Positions 9,698-21,463 of a stretch of 64,000 nucleotides of DNA are shown piece after piece. The translations under genes and the position numbers were made by a program. The DNA comes from Histomonas meleagridis 2922-C6/04-290x (taxonomy: Eukaryota > Protista > Parabasalia), in the NCBI GenBank assembly GCA_020184695.1, contig JAANOX010000251.1, positions 62,001 through 126,000 of the forward strand. The letters run 5' to 3'. The notes below the pieces were generated by a model. The model had not been told where the DNA came from. It saw only the letters and a program-made list of their open reading frames with translations, and made no database searches. Numbering within the stretch: position 1 is the first letter of the stretch; every line of letters starts with the position of its first letter.

Positions 9698-10912
9698 TTA
9701 TAGGTTTTCATCAAAACTTTTATATGTTTCATTATGTTTTATTGTAATCTCTTTATCATCTAAAGCATTTAAAATTTGTTCAAATACAAAATCATTTTGA
9801 ATAATTCCATCATGATTAAATTGCATTGAGTTACTTTCAAAATTAAAACATTTTACATTTTTCCAATTTTCACAAATCCTTTTTATTGAATATGAAGAAA
9901 TTGTTCCATCGCCTTTATCATAAATTATTTTAGGTGATTTATTCCAACCATTTTTAAAATCCATTTGATATCTCGTTTTAATTCCATCATTATAAAACAA
10001 ATAAACAGGAATATCTTTATCAATTTCTTTTGGAAACTTAGTAACAAATCTATTCCAAGAATGTTTTAACATTTTTATATTATTTCCATGAATAATTCCA
10101 TGTTTGATCATAAGTTCCAAAAGTTCAAATGATTTATATTCTTCTTTATTAGGACCAAAGATAATTGTTTCATTACCAAATACTTCAGTATTTGGAATAT
10201 GAATATGAAACGCTGGCCAAGATTCCATAAATTCATCAATTAATTTTAATGGAATAATTGGTTCAAAAGAAAATTTTTTGGTCCAAAATTCATAAAAAAT
10301 GGATGGCGATCCTGCAAAAGATGGCGCAAGGAATACAACTTTATGAATATGTTCTCTTCGCCATTCAGAACTTGTAATTTCAGTAAGAAAATGATGAAGA
10401 ACAAAACATCCTTGTGAAAATCCAAATAAATCGACTTTCTGTTTGGATGATTCAATTAGTTTTATTAAATCATCAAAAAATGTTCCAGGAAAAACTGGAA
10501 CATTACGAAAGTCATAAGGAATTGGATACAAATCTTGATGAAGGGTATAGTTATGAGAATAAAGGAAATTAAGAAGATTGTTAAACATACCATAAAACTT
10601 TTTGATTTTTGGAATTTGGATGATTTCTAAAACTGATTCATTCCCACCAAAATCATGGGGATTTAATTTGATTTTATTTTGTGGAAAACCATTAGAATCA
10701 ACTGTATTTGTAATAGTTTTAAGGAAGCAATTATGAAATGGAGGCACAAGCATTGCAACATTCACCCAAATTAATTTATCATCATATTTTTGTGGGCAAT
10801 AAAATGGTAAATTTGTTTCATTTGCAGTAGCGTAAAGTGTAGATCCGTAAAGTCCAGGTAGTACTAATAAAGGATTTTTTGAAACCGCAAAACAAGCAAA
10901 AATTAAGATCAA
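9698..10912 (-). CDS. LCAT / group XV phospholipase A2-like alpha/beta hydrolase (no in-frame ATG before the signal peptide)
   Basis: LVLPGLYGSTL, PYDFR, GFSQG nucleophile elbow, GDGTI and a late His. The upstream frame is closed by TAA at 10949-10951 with no ATG. Confidence 0.8.
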   Translation of the reverse strand: MILIFACFAVSKNPLLVLPGLYGSTLYATANETNLPFYCPQKYDDKLIWVNVAMLVPPFHNCFLKTITNTVDSNGFPQNKIKLNPHDFGGNESVLEIIQIPKIKKFYGMFNNLLNFLYSHNYTLHQDLYPIPYDFRNVPVFPGTFFDDLIKLIESSKQKVDLFGFSQGCFVLHHFLTEITSSEWRREHIHKVVFLAPSFAGSPSIFYEFWTKKFSFEPIIPLKLIDEFMESWPAFHIHIPNTEVFGNETIIFGPNKEEYKSFELLELMIKHGIIHGNNIKMLKHSWNRFVTKFPKEIDKDIPVYLFYNDGIKTRYQMDFKNGWNKSPKIIYDKGDGTISSYSIKRICENWKNVKCFNFESNSMQFNHDGIIQNDFVFEQILNALDDKEITIKHNETYKSFDENL

Positions 10913-11037
10913 ACCAGATAAATCTTTTTGTACGTTAAATAATTGAATTTAATCTGATCGTTTTCATTTTACGTTTCTAATAAAATTGTCTCATTCCTAA
11001 AACTAAAACTAAAAAAAATATGATAAAATACAAATAT

Positions 11038-14000
11038 TTATTTCTTTAATCCAATTGCGTTACGGCAATTCTTTACATCTTCTTCCATTTTCTCGTTACT
11101 TTTCGCGATGTTATTTTCCCACAACACGTTAATTAATTCGCAACAATTTACAATTAATTTTCTAATTTTATTTCTCATTTTCATTATATCCTTCGGCACA
11201 TTCTCCAACTCAACATCGCACATACAAATCAACTCGAAAAATGGATATTTTCTTTTGTTTGCCACTCGACAAACCTTTTTCATTCTATTAATCAAAGGCT
11301 GCACATCGATTTCTAACACACATTTACCCCATTTTTTACTTTTCTCATTATCCAAAGGAGGCAAAACAGCTTTAATTTCATTAATTTGTTTTTTAAATGT
11401 ATTTACAAATTCTTTTAATTTGGAAATGAAAAATTCGAATTTTGTTAAATTTTTGATATTCGTTTGAATTATATTCGATGAGTTTGTAATTGATGGAAGC
11501 GAATTATCAATTATAAATATAAATCGTTTAGCGTAATCATTATACCAATCATTTATATTATTTTCATTAATAATAACTTCGATATAAAACGTATTAACAT
11601 TTAAAGATTCTAAATCATTAAAATTATATTTCAGTTTTAATATTTGTGTTACATTATTATTATTTTCTAATATCGGAATTTTATCTTTTATAAGATTTTT
11701 ATAATTGTTTTTATATTTATTACTTTCGACACATTTAATAACATTTAATTCACGAGTGAAAATCCGAATGAATTTGATGTTCGGTTTGTAACTTTTTGAT
11801 AACGCATCAAATGATTGGCTCACTTTTTGATATAATATTTGAAGCAATTCAAATTTTTGATGTTTCTCCAAATAATCGAATAAGAACTCAGTGCATTCAT
11901 GGATAACAAAATGGAAATTAGCCTTTTGGCATAAGTCCATCGCCTTTTGCAAGTTTTCACTTATCGAATCTTCCGTAAATTCTTTACTTTCCATTAACAA
12001 ATAATTAAAATCATTTGTCAATTCCGATAAATTAATTTTTGGTTCTTTCTTTATAAAAGGGAATTCACTTATTCCATTTTTAGGTATTCCATCGATTTTT
12101 ATATTCATTAACTTGAAGACTTCGCAAATAAAACCACAAAGTCTCCATTGCGTTATGAACGCAGAAGTTATATTATCTATTTTTAGGTTTAATTCGACGA
12201 GTTTCATATAAATTCTAGCTCTAACAGATGGGAAATCTTTATAATCATTATATGCCAAATCCAATAAATTTTGTATTTGGATTTCTACGTTTTTATTATT
12301 CATTGCATTCATTATTTTATTATAAATTTCTTTTACTGAATTTTGCGATTCATTTAAATAATCAAAAAACGAAATGAAATTCGAATTATTAAATATATAA
12401 TAACAAACAGAATATTGTAAAGATATTGTACATCTTAAACTATTATTATTAATTTTATTTTCCAAATCTATTAACCATAATAAGAACCCAATCGAATCGT
12501 TACGAATTATTTGTAATTTACGTTGAGTTAAAGGAACAATTGAAGAAATTAATTGAAATATTATAACATTTTTATCATTAAATATTAACTTTGTATAACG
12601 CTCAACGAAGAATATAATAGTTCTAAATATCACATGAATTATTTCAGGGATTTGTTTTGGAGAATCTAATAATTTCAAGAACAAATTAAATATACTATGT
12701 AATGCTAATGAATTTACCACTGTAACTTGTTCATAAAATCGAATGAATATTAATATCCTTAAAGTAATTTCTTGTGTACATGCGATATTATATTTCTTTT
12801 GTAAATTTTCATCATTTGTTTCAAAGAAATAATTCGTAACTAATGATATCATTTTCGGAGTCGATAACATTATTAACATATCTAAAAATCGTAATTGTGT
12901 ATCTGAAGATAATATATTATAATATGATATAAAACGTTTTGTATTATAACTTCGTAATATATATAATATTAATGGAGTTAAAATGAATTTATTCTTCACA
13001 TGTGGTAAAAACGAATCATAAAATGTAAAGATAATTGATAAAAGAGGTGAAAATATTTCGACAATTTGATTCGCTGTTTCTGGCGTTGAAAACTTTTCGA
13101 AAGTTGTCGAAAGTATTGATAATGAATCGATTGCTTTATTCACCGAATCTTTTTTATTTTCGATTAATACATTTGTTAATGTTTTGAAGTATAATGAAAG
13201 TAATGGTATATATAATGATATCGAATTATATTTTCCTTCATTATTCATTGGGAATTTAATTGTCGATGTTAATACTATTGAGTTTACATATGAAATGTCT
13301 CCAAATATATATTCATATATATCTAAGCGATCGATGTCTTTTAATTTACGAATATATTTAAACGTGATACGAAATATCATAAATGGATTAAAAAATAATT
13401 GCAAACGCTCAATTAAATTTCCTGACGCTATTTTCATCTTCTCAATTTTATTGTTATTGTTCGAACTGTTGATGAACTCAGCACATTTATCAAATAATTT
13501 GTTGATCTCATTCTCATCAAAGTAATTCTCATTACACATAGACTTAAAAAATATTAAAAAGAAGAAAAGTGGCATATCTGTAATCTGATCAAATGAATTT
13601 ATGATCTTACTCAAGAGGATCTTTGTAAACCCCTTTTTACTGGAGAAATAATGTTCGATCCAAACTTTGACAGTATCAAAATATTTTTCATTTTGAATTA
13701 TATCAATTAACAGTTGAAAGTTTTCAAGCGTTTCGATTGTGCTTAAGTTAAAACTTAATAAAATCGGAATGTAATTACTGTATAATGGCTCGTTAATATC
13801 GGGAACTAAATGTGGTTGAAGTAATGAGCTACGAATTCCTTTCGGTGGACATATATAAAATGGAAATATATAACTGTAACTTAATAAACATTTCGTTCGC
13901 TTTAATACACTTTTGGACTCAAGTCGAACTTTTTCATTCGATTTCCATTTCGTCAATGGATAACTTCCGGTGAATGTCTGTTTGACTCGTTTACCCTTTA

Positions 14001-15162
14001 GGATGTTGACTTCAAACGAAATTGAGATTTGGTCTTCATATAATGGAGACAAATTGAAATTTAACGAATTTGGCAATCGTAAATGTTCATTGATCGGTAA
14101 TGTACACATATACACAGTGTTTTCGAGTTCAGTAAATGGCTCTAAGTTGTTTTCCGTGGGAATTTTAAGCATGATTTTGATGGAAATAAAATACTTTTCG
14201 GGATGATGAAGTTTCTTTAACTCAATATCAAGCTTTATGTTATGAAACGTTAATAACGTGGATGGATAGTATTGACTACATGAGGTAATTCGTGTTATGT
14301 TTTCTTTTTTGGGGTTTTCTGTGATTTCGGAGGAGAACGTTAAGGAAATTCTGGGATTTTCTGTACAACCGTTTTCGATGTGATGACGAACTGTTTGGGT
14401 TCGGTCAAATGGAACCCACTTAGGCTCAATAGATGTTGTTTTTGATGAAAGCTCAGAATAACCAATGCTAAAAGGTGTGGGAGTTGCTTCGTCTGTTTCT
14501 TGAAGAAAAATTGATTTATAAGCTATAAAAATTATGGTGACTTTGCCATCGACATTTGGAAAAGGTAAAATGATTGATTCAAGACACTTACTAGGAGTTT
14601 GAAAATGTGCAGCATTACTGGGTACAAAACGAATTGTTTCTGTAATTGGTAATTTATTATATGAAACATAAAAATCTATATATGAAAATTGTTGATTATT
14701 CAAGAATTTGCACTCAGTTGGTTTGATTTGCATATATAATATTTCAACTGGAGGCCTTGAAAAATCACATCGTTTTGAATTTTTTGTGTTATCATTGATT
14801 TTATAAATTGGCATTGAGGAATAATTAACAAAAACAGAATTATCATCAATGGATTTTATAAAATCCTGAGGAGTACTAGTATTTGGATTAAATTCAATTT
14901 CGTCAATATCATCATCGCAAATTAAATTAGTTAATTTAATTTCATTTGGTTTAATTTCTGTTGGTGGTGACATATCATATAATATATTTGATGATAACTC
15001 TTTTAGCCAAGAAGCATTTGAAATATCAGATGTATCTAAAAAAGTTGTTAATGTTCCAGCCGGCATTTTTTTAATACGGACACGAGATATGTTCATAATG
15101 TTGTCATACCTAAGGGTACCTCTTTTATTGGATCTATCATGAACATTGAGCATTCCTTTCAT
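11038..15162 (-). CDS. DOCK-family GEF-like protein (C2-like region plus DHR-2-like C-terminus)
   Basis: About 1370 aa open from ATG 15162. The C-terminal region RARIYMKLVELNLKIDNITSAFITQWRL..LQKAMDLCQKANF resembles DHR-2 lobe A. Confidence 0.6.
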   Translation of the reverse strand: MKGMLNVHDRSNKRGTLRYDNIMNISRVRIKKMPAGTLTTFLDTSDISNASWLKELSSNILYDMSPPTEIKPNEIKLTNLICDDDIDEIEFNPNTSTPQDFIKSIDDNSVFVNYSSMPIYKINDNTKNSKRCDFSRPPVEILYMQIKPTECKFLNNQQFSYIDFYVSYNKLPITETIRFVPSNAAHFQTPSKCLESIILPFPNVDGKVTIIFIAYKSIFLQETDEATPTPFSIGYSELSSKTTSIEPKWVPFDRTQTVRHHIENGCTENPRISLTFSSEITENPKKENITRITSCSQYYPSTLLTFHNIKLDIELKKLHHPEKYFISIKIMLKIPTENNLEPFTELENTVYMCTLPINEHLRLPNSLNFNLSPLYEDQISISFEVNILKGKRVKQTFTGSYPLTKWKSNEKVRLESKSVLKRTKCLLSYSYIFPFYICPPKGIRSSLLQPHLVPDINEPLYSNYIPILLSFNLSTIETLENFQLLIDIIQNEKYFDTVKVWIEHYFSSKKGFTKILLSKIINSFDQITDMPLFFFLIFFKSMCNENYFDENEINKLFDKCAEFINSSNNNNKIEKMKIASGNLIERLQLFFNPFMIFRITFKYIRKLKDIDRLDIYEYIFGDISYVNSIVLTSTIKFPMNNEGKYNSISLYIPLLSLYFKTLTNVLIENKKDSVNKAIDSLSILSTTFEKFSTPETANQIVEIFSPLLSIIFTFYDSFLPHVKNKFILTPLILYILRSYNTKRFISYYNILSSDTQLRFLDMLIMLSTPKMISLVTNYFFETNDENLQKKYNIACTQEITLRILIFIRFYEQVTVVNSLALHSIFNLFLKLLDSPKQIPEIIHVIFRTIIFFVERYTKLIFNDKNVIIFQLISSIVPLTQRKLQIIRNDSIGFLLWLIDLENKINNNSLRCTISLQYSVCYYIFNNSNFISFFDYLNESQNSVKEIYNKIMNAMNNKNVEIQIQNLLDLAYNDYKDFPSVRARIYMKLVELNLKIDNITSAFITQWRLCGFICEVFKLMNIKIDGIPKNGISEFPFIKKEPKINLSELTNDFNYLLMESKEFTEDSISENLQKAMDLCQKANFHFVIHECTEFLFDYLEKHQKFELLQILYQKVSQSFDALSKSYKPNIKFIRIFTRELNVIKCVESNKYKNNYKNLIKDKIPILENNNNVTQILKLKYNFNDLESLNVNTFYIEVIINENNINDWYNDYAKRFIFIIDNSLPSITNSSNIIQTNIKNLTKFEFFISKLKEFVNTFKKQINEIKAVLPPLDNEKSKKWGKCVLEIDVQPLINRMKKVCRVANKRKYPFFELICMCDVELENVPKDIMKMRNKIRKLIVNCCELINVLWENNIAKSNEKMEEDVKNCRNAIGLKK

Positions 15163-15247
15163 TTCGGCTTTATACAGAATTAAACGGTCGCAATGATGCT
15201 TTGTCCCAAACAAAAGAATCCTACAAAATAAAACAATAATAATGTGT

Positions 15248-15934
15248 TTATTCAATTAGAGTTGCCATCTTTGCCATTTCAGTCTGTGGAGTGAAATCGC
15301 TAAGATATTTATTCATTTCAAAATTCTCTTTCGTAACAAGATCATGAACAAAGCAGTCAAACGAAAGGAAAACAGAACTAAAAACGGATGGAAGGATTTT
15401 CTCGAGAATATCGACAGAACGAAGAAAACAATCATTTAAATTAATATACTTCCTTTCTCGCTTATCGTATTCTGGAGTTCCTTGTTTAGCATTATCCAGA
15501 AGTATTTTGTTCTTTTTGCGCTTTTGATCGATGGCTTTAATCTTTTCGATCCTTTGTAAACAATTATTTAATGGTGCAATGCATTGAATTGGAATTTCGG
15601 ATTTGGAAAAGCCTTCAATGATTGCCGTGGAATTGTTGAGATAGTTTTTATATCGTTCAGCATTTGCAAAGTATGGAATACAATCTGGAGTTAAATCATT
15701 AGTAAATGCTGAGACGGCAAGATGAGAAGAATTACTAATCTTGAGGATGTTTTCACATAGTTTGTTTAAAGAATTTTTAAGATGTTTTATTTTTGAGGTA
15801 ATTGTATTTAGTTTTTCCATATGAAGAACATAATCAAAGTCTTCATCATCATCGCCCTTGATTTTTGTCATCTTCATTGCTGAATGAAGTTCTAATGTAA
15901 GTTCTTTTTTTGCTTTTTCGAAGAATTTCTCCAT
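15248..15934 (-). CDS. BAR-domain-like helical protein
   Basis: Helical ORF of about 228 aa with DFDYVLHMEKLNTITSKIKHL and CIAPLNNCLQRIEKIK..RKK, a BAR-like pattern. Confidence 0.45.
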   Translation of the reverse strand: MEKFFEKAKKELTLELHSAMKMTKIKGDDDEDFDYVLHMEKLNTITSKIKHLKNSLNKLCENILKISNSSHLAVSAFTNDLTPDCIPYFANAERYKNYLNNSTAIIEGFSKSEIPIQCIAPLNNCLQRIEKIKAIDQKRKKNKILLDNAKQGTPEYDKRERKYINLNDCFLRSVDILEKILPSVFSSVFLSFDCFVHDLVTKENFEMNKYLSDFTPQTEMAKMATLIE

Positions 15935-16488
15935 CAGATCTAAACTTTTTGATAAGAGCAATTTTTACTCATCTCCAATCGTATTTTATGGGCACCCCAA
16001 AGATACACGTTATTAGTTTTAAACGGTCGTTGATTTCTTTTGAAGGCGTACTAGTATAAAATTTATATAAAATAAAAAATAAATTTTGATAATATTATTA
16101 TCAATAAAAAAAGCATTTGTTGTTAAACAATTATCAACTAATAAAATTAAATTTTTTTACGAAGTATTTGAGAATCATAGAAATAATCTTTTGATATGTT
16201 TTCATATCATATGTAAGAGATATTTTCATTATAAATTATATATGTAAGTTACCAAAAACGGTAAATATAATGTTATTATACTAATACTTAACAATGGTGA
16301 ATGTGTTATTTATAAATATATCTTAGTAACAATAAATTTTTATTTGCACTCTATTGCATTTGGTTCTTGCATAAGTGCCTGTAATAATATTTATCACAAA
16401 ATCTAAAACATTTTTAATATATTTATTTTATTTATTTACAGACTATCAAGTGTTTTGATTTAATTTTGAACATTCTATTTATCCACGT

Positions 16489-18213
16489 TTAAATAGGAAT
16501 TAATATGATCATTATAATGTCATTTGTTGAAATCAATTTCTGCTTTTTACTATCGAACAAGGAAGGGATTAACTCAATCAAATTGATTAATATTCTTGCA
16601 TAAAACAAAGCAGTGTATACAAGTTGTAGAAATGTGTATCCATGATATTGGAAATTACCATTGAGATAAAACTGGTAACTGAAAAATTTCATCCAAAATT
16701 GCTTCACGATGATTTGCTGATTAATAAAATAGAATCTCCACATAATACTATAATAATGGAACTTTCCCTTTGAGAGTTTCTCAATGATAAATTGATAACC
16801 GATATAAACAGCTAATAAAATAATTGATGAGCAAAAACTGAAAAATAATGTGTAAAATAAACTGTTGAATAAGATGTAAATGAAATAATATAATGGAATT
16901 GTCTTCATAAGAATTTCCTTCCATTTTTCGTTCTTCTTTTCATTCGATTTTAATTCTTCTTTGCTTTGACTTTTTTCTTTGCTTTCGTTTTCTCCATTAG
17001 TTTTATTCTCTTCTTCATTCTTATTTTCTTCTTTCTTTAGATTTTCCTTTTCGCTTTTTTCCTTCTTTTTCATCTTTTCTTTCTTTTCCTTATTTTCTTC
17101 ACTTTTTTCCTTCTTTTTCATCTTTTCTTTCTTTTCCTTATTTTCGTCGCTTTTTTCCTTATTTTTTTCTTCATTATCTTCTTTGTTTTCCTTCTCTTCT
17201 GCGTTCTTATTTTCTTTGTCTTCATCACCTTGTAAAGATGAAACTATCTGATCGAATAAATTAAAGTAACCAAAGAATTTATATGTAAATTCATTTATAT
17301 TCTCAAAAATATCTAGAAAAACTTTCCCAACATCCTTAAGTAAATTTAAGATAAAATCTTTAACTGATTTATATAACTTATGTACAAATAAAATAAACTT
17401 GAGAGTATATGCATATGCAAAAATTAAAATTGGTAAAATAATAAAAGTTAAAACATTTGTTGTTGTGTATCTAAAAAGAATTATAAACGGACATAACCCA
17501 ATGATACAAATGTTTAAATGGAACAAAATTGAAGAATTATCATCAGAACTTCCATTTTTATAAATGCCAACAAGTGTTTCAATTCTTTCATAAGCAATAA
17601 TGAAATTGGTGCAAATCATTTTTAAATACTTATTATGTAATTTTTCATTAACAAAGATTACATAATACCTTCTTGATCTATCCATGAAATCCTGAATAAA
17701 TTGGTATATCTTAGCTCTATATTTAATGGAAATTCCCAAAAATGCCAAGTATAAAAGTAATCTAGTTGGATAAAACAAGAAAAGTATAAACGTTGAAACT
17801 AAGCCAATAGAAATTTTTATCAAGATCGACTTATTCTCATTAAACCAATTCTTTAATTTACCAAATAAAAATTCTTTAGTCTTTTCAATCATTATTGGCT
17901 TTATAAACCCGAAAAATAATGATAAAAAGAAATTTGCAATATAATTTAGTATGATAGTTGGGTTCATAATGATCTTCAATATGTTCCAAATGTTTTTAAT
18001 ATTTTTTATATAGCCAAGGAAAGTCTGAATTGTTAATTTAACTTTGAATATCTTTTCGATTTGCAACTTACCAATATAGCAAACTATTAAGATAGCTGAT
18101 ATGAATTGAAAATAGGAATTGAAAATAATTTGTTTGAAAAAGAATGTGAATATGTTAACATAGAACCTAATAACGCCACTGATTGTACGAGATGATTTAG
18201 GTTCTTCAATCAT
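16489..18213 (-). CDS. Multi-pass membrane protein with a central K/E-rich loop
   Basis: 574-aa ORF with several hydrophobic stretches and a 48-bp tandem repeat (KEKSEENKEKKEKMKK) near 17040-17170. Confidence 0.7.
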   Translation of the reverse strand: MIEEPKSSRTISGVIRFYVNIFTFFFKQIIFNSYFQFISAILIVCYIGKLQIEKIFKVKLTIQTFLGYIKNIKNIWNILKIIMNPTIILNYIANFFLSLFFGFIKPIMIEKTKEFLFGKLKNWFNENKSILIKISIGLVSTFILFLFYPTRLLLYLAFLGISIKYRAKIYQFIQDFMDRSRRYYVIFVNEKLHNKYLKMICTNFIIAYERIETLVGIYKNGSSDDNSSILFHLNICIIGLCPFIILFRYTTTNVLTFIILPILIFAYAYTLKFILFVHKLYKSVKDFILNLLKDVGKVFLDIFENINEFTYKFFGYFNLFDQIVSSLQGDEDKENKNAEEKENKEDNEEKNKEKSDENKEKKEKMKKKEKSEENKEKKEKMKKKEKSEKENLKKEENKNEEENKTNGENESKEKSQSKEELKSNEKKNEKWKEILMKTIPLYYFIYILFNSLFYTLFFSFCSSIILLAVYIGYQFIIEKLSKGKFHYYSIMWRFYFINQQIIVKQFWMKFFSYQFYLNGNFQYHGYTFLQLVYTALFYARILINLIELIPSLFDSKKQKLISTNDIIMIILIPI

Positions 18214-18373
18214 AAATCTGGAAATGCTTTATAAAAGTGAACTAAAAATTTTCCCAGACCATTTTTGTCAAAATTTTGTATATTCTGACATGATAATCAC
18301 CAAATAATTCTCACAAAATTTAAATATTTTGCCGATTGATACCAAAATTTTGAACCAGTTCACTTCCAAAAAA

Positions 18374-18919
18374 ATGGTTCCTGAAATTGATGATGAAATT
18401 ATTGAACAAATCCAAGAAGCTGAAACCCCGTATGAAGTTTTAGGTTTAGCACAGAATTGTACTAAAAGAGAAATTCGAATTGCATATCTTAATATTTCAA
18501 AGAAAGTACATCCTGATCATTGTAAACATCCAGATGCTACAGATTGTATGCAGCGTGTTAATGCAGCTTATAATTTACTCAAAGATGATGAAAAGCGTAA
18601 ACGATATGACGATGGAGATGATCATGTTTGGATGTACAAAGAAGAAAAAATAGATTTACCACAATTTTTCGAATATATTATTCCTTCAGTTCGTTCATTT
18701 GAGGATGATATATCACCTGAAGAAGTTCTTAATACTCTCTTTCAAAATGTAAATGATGTCAAGAAAAGCTACGAAAATAGAAAATTTTTCACTGGGAAAG
18801 CTCCAAAAACAAAAAAGAAGGAAAAGAGTGAAGGTTTTGTAAAGGAGCATATTTTACAGACGATTTGCTACTTAATACCTCTTGGGTTGTCATACTTCCT
18901 ATTGAGCAGGTTCTTTTAA
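18374..18919 (+). CDS. DnaJ-domain protein with a C-terminal TM anchor
   Basis: PYEVLGL..IRIAYLNISKKVHPD..VNAAYNLLKD..KRKRYD, followed by a hydrophobic C-terminus. Confidence 0.9.
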   Translation: MVPEIDDEIIEQIQEAETPYEVLGLAQNCTKREIRIAYLNISKKVHPDHCKHPDATDCMQRVNAAYNLLKDDEKRKRYDDGDDHVWMYKEEKIDLPQFFEYIIPSVRSFEDDISPEEVLNTLFQNVNDVKKSYENRKFFTGKAPKTKKKEKSEGFVKEHILQTICYLIPLGLSYFLLSRFF

Positions 18920-19589
18920 TGAGCAACCAGATAGAAACCAAAGAAGGGTCAAGTTGTTATCAAAATTATTGAGCTTTTGTTTAAAAAATTTTTAAAAAAG
19001 ATGTTTTTATGAAAACCAATACAAATTAACATTGTCAATTTAAGTTAAGATAAATATTTTAATGAATTCAAATCAAAAATAAATACATCATAAACTACTT
19101 CACCTTAATTCAATGTTAGATATAATTTTATACATCTATTTACATCAACAATGAAGCCATTACAATGTTATAAATAAAGAATTACATATCTGCTAATCAA
19201 GAGAAAAATAAACATTACACGTTATTTTGATATATTTACCCATAAAAATGTAATATACTCAATTTCATTCTGATATTCATTTTTCAATGCTTAAGGCAAA
19301 GAACAAAAACAACATTCCTTTGAAATCGAATCTAGTTATGAAATTTGTTCCTTTGTGAAATGCCATTTCATGTGGCATCATTTATATTTATGACTTCATT
19401 TCAAAAATAAACTCACAACAATAAGTCACAAATCACAAGAACAAGAGAAGAAATGAGAAAAAGAGGAGCAATATTGATTACAAAAAAAATCAACATTAGA
19501 AAATTTCATCGAATTAAATTCAAAAAAAATAAAAAATGAAATATCATATACAGGTTGGGAGTAAGGGGTTTTGAGGGAATTGGTAAAAT

Positions 19590-19687
19590 AAGAAACAACA
19601 ACAACAAAATGTTTACCCACTAATATGTGGGAAAAAACAAGAAATAACAACAACAACAAAATGTTTACCCATTAATGTGTGGGAAAA
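19590..19687 (+). repeat. Two ~48-bp direct repeats, each (CAA)n followed by a CCCAC/GTGGG hairpin
   Basis: caacaacaacaaaatgtttacccactaatatgtgggaaaa and caacaacaacaaaatgtttacccattaatgtgtgggaaaa. Confidence 0.75.
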
Positions 19688-19879
19688 TAAAAACTATAGT
19701 TTTCAATGAATATTCATTGAAATCACTAAATCATTACATGTTTAATATATTTTTTTTACCAAATGATACCACAACATAAACTTTGATCACTCTTAGAATA
19801 GCATTTAATAAATTTTTTGTGAATTTTTTTGTTAAATAGAATTTTGATTTAATATAAAATATATTTATTTATAAACACT

Positions 19880-21463
19880 TTACATATGTTTTTCCTCTTC
19901 TTCTTCGTTTTCTTCTTCTTCCTCTTCATCATCATCGCCCAACACCGCATTTGCAGCTATTGCCAAAGCCTTTTGCACTGCAACTTTTGTCATTTTCCCC
20001 GAAAACTTCCCGTCTTTATTGATGTTATTATTCACAATTCTTAATGATCCAATTGCAATTTGTTTAACGATTTGTTTTAATTTTTCTTTAATTTCTATTT
20101 GTAGTTTTTCTAATTCTTGTTCATTATTCTGTTGATTGTTTTCCTTTTGTAAAAATTTATTTTCTTTCGTCATCATAAAAAGTTTTTTTTCAATTTCTTC
20201 TTTTTCTAATTTTATTTTTTCTATTTTTTGTTTGTTTTCATTTATTTTTTTCTCTAAATTTTCTTTGTATTTTGTTGCTCGCTTTTTATCTTCTTCAATA
20301 AGTTTCTTTTCCGCATTTATTAACATTTCTTCTTGTTGTTTCTTTTGTTGTTGAAGTTCTTTTATTAGTTCTAAGTTTGTTTCATATTCAGAATCAATTT
20401 TCTTTATATTGTTTTCTTCATTTGTAATTTCTTCTTTAATTTTTTGCTGAAGATGATTAATTTCGAATTTTTCTTCTTTCTCAGTTAATGCATCATCAAA
20501 TTTATTAATAGTTATTTGGAGATTTCGAAGTTTTTCTTCTTTGTCTTCAATCGCATTAATTGCACATTGAATTTCATATAAGAGTTTGTCATTAGAAACA
20601 GTGATTTTCCCAAAGTTAATTGATCTTGGTCGAATGGAATGAAGCATTAGCGCTATTTCATCGAACCTTTGATCTGCTTCGGATTTGATGGCGGCGACCG
20701 TTTGTTCGATTTGATCAAAATCTGATGTTTCCTCTTCTTCTATATGCTCTTCAACTATTTCTTCGGTTTGAATATCATCTTCTGGTGGAGACTCAATACT
20801 TTTTACTTCGATAAACCCAAAAACAAATTCTGATATTAAAATTACTGCTGTGGAACCTGGACCTTTGGTACTTGAAAATTCGGACTGTGTTGTGTTTTGA
20901 GGAGGCATAAAGTTTACTTTAAGATCAGAAACTACTGCTGGTGTTTTAGAGAGATCGATAGTAAAAATGTCTATTGGTCGAGTTGTTTCATCATCATTTC
21001 CTAATATTTTGATTGGAACTAAGCCCCCATATTGTCTTGCTTTTATATGAAGCGCAATTACAGTGAATATCTTTGAATCAAGCAAATTTGGAAATTCAAT
21101 TACTATTGCTCCAACTTGAGGAGCATTGGTAATACATTTGTTATCATTACAATATTCCCAATAAATTTCACGATTTATTGGAATTGAGGTTAACTGTTTA
21201 TTTGTTTCAGAATTAACTGCAATAATTGATATATTATCTTTATTTTTCGTCGCCCTTAAATCAAATTCGCCTAGTTCTGTTGTTTCTTTTGTGTTTTGAT
21301 CCAGTGAGTGCATAAAAACAACACATTTATAAATTATTTGAATAGTTTTCTGATGCTTTTTTGTGTGCCTTGGAGGAGGAGGTTGTTGTTGCTTTGTTAA
21401 CTCTACTTTTTTTCGAGCTGCAAAAAAAGAAACAGGTTCGTTATCATCAAAAAGAGTTGACAT
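19880..21463 (-). CDS. Coiled-coil protein with a possible PH/EVH1-like N-terminus
   Basis: 527-aa ORF with a beta-rich N-terminus, a long K/E/Q coiled coil and an acidic tail. Confidence 0.65.
   Translation of the reverse strand: MSTLFDDNEPVSFFAARKKVELTKQQQPPPPRHTKKHQKTIQIIYKCVVFMHSLDQNTKETTELGEFDLRATKNKDNISIIAVNSETNKQLTSIPINREIYWEYCNDNKCITNAPQVGAIVIEFPNLLDSKIFTVIALHIKARQYGGLVPIKILGNDDETTRPIDIFTIDLSKTPAVVSDLKVNFMPPQNTTQSEFSSTKGPGSTAVILISEFVFGFIEVKSIESPPEDDIQTEEIVEEHIEEEETSDFDQIEQTVAAIKSEADQRFDEIALMLHSIRPRSINFGKITVSNDKLLYEIQCAINAIEDKEEKLRNLQITINKFDDALTEKEEKFEINHLQQKIKEEITNEENNIKKIDSEYETNLELIKELQQQKKQQEEMLINAEKKLIEEDKKRATKYKENLEKKINENKQKIEKIKLEKEEIEKKLFMMTKENKFLQKENNQQNNEQELEKLQIEIKEKLKQIVKQIAIGSLRIVNNNINKDGKFSGKMTKVAVQKALAIAANAVLGDDDEEEEEENEEEEEKHM

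Noticed and set aside
19020-19560. Possible decayed transposase-like coding relic
   Set aside because: Only weak Cys/His hints and many stops; not supportable without a homology search.
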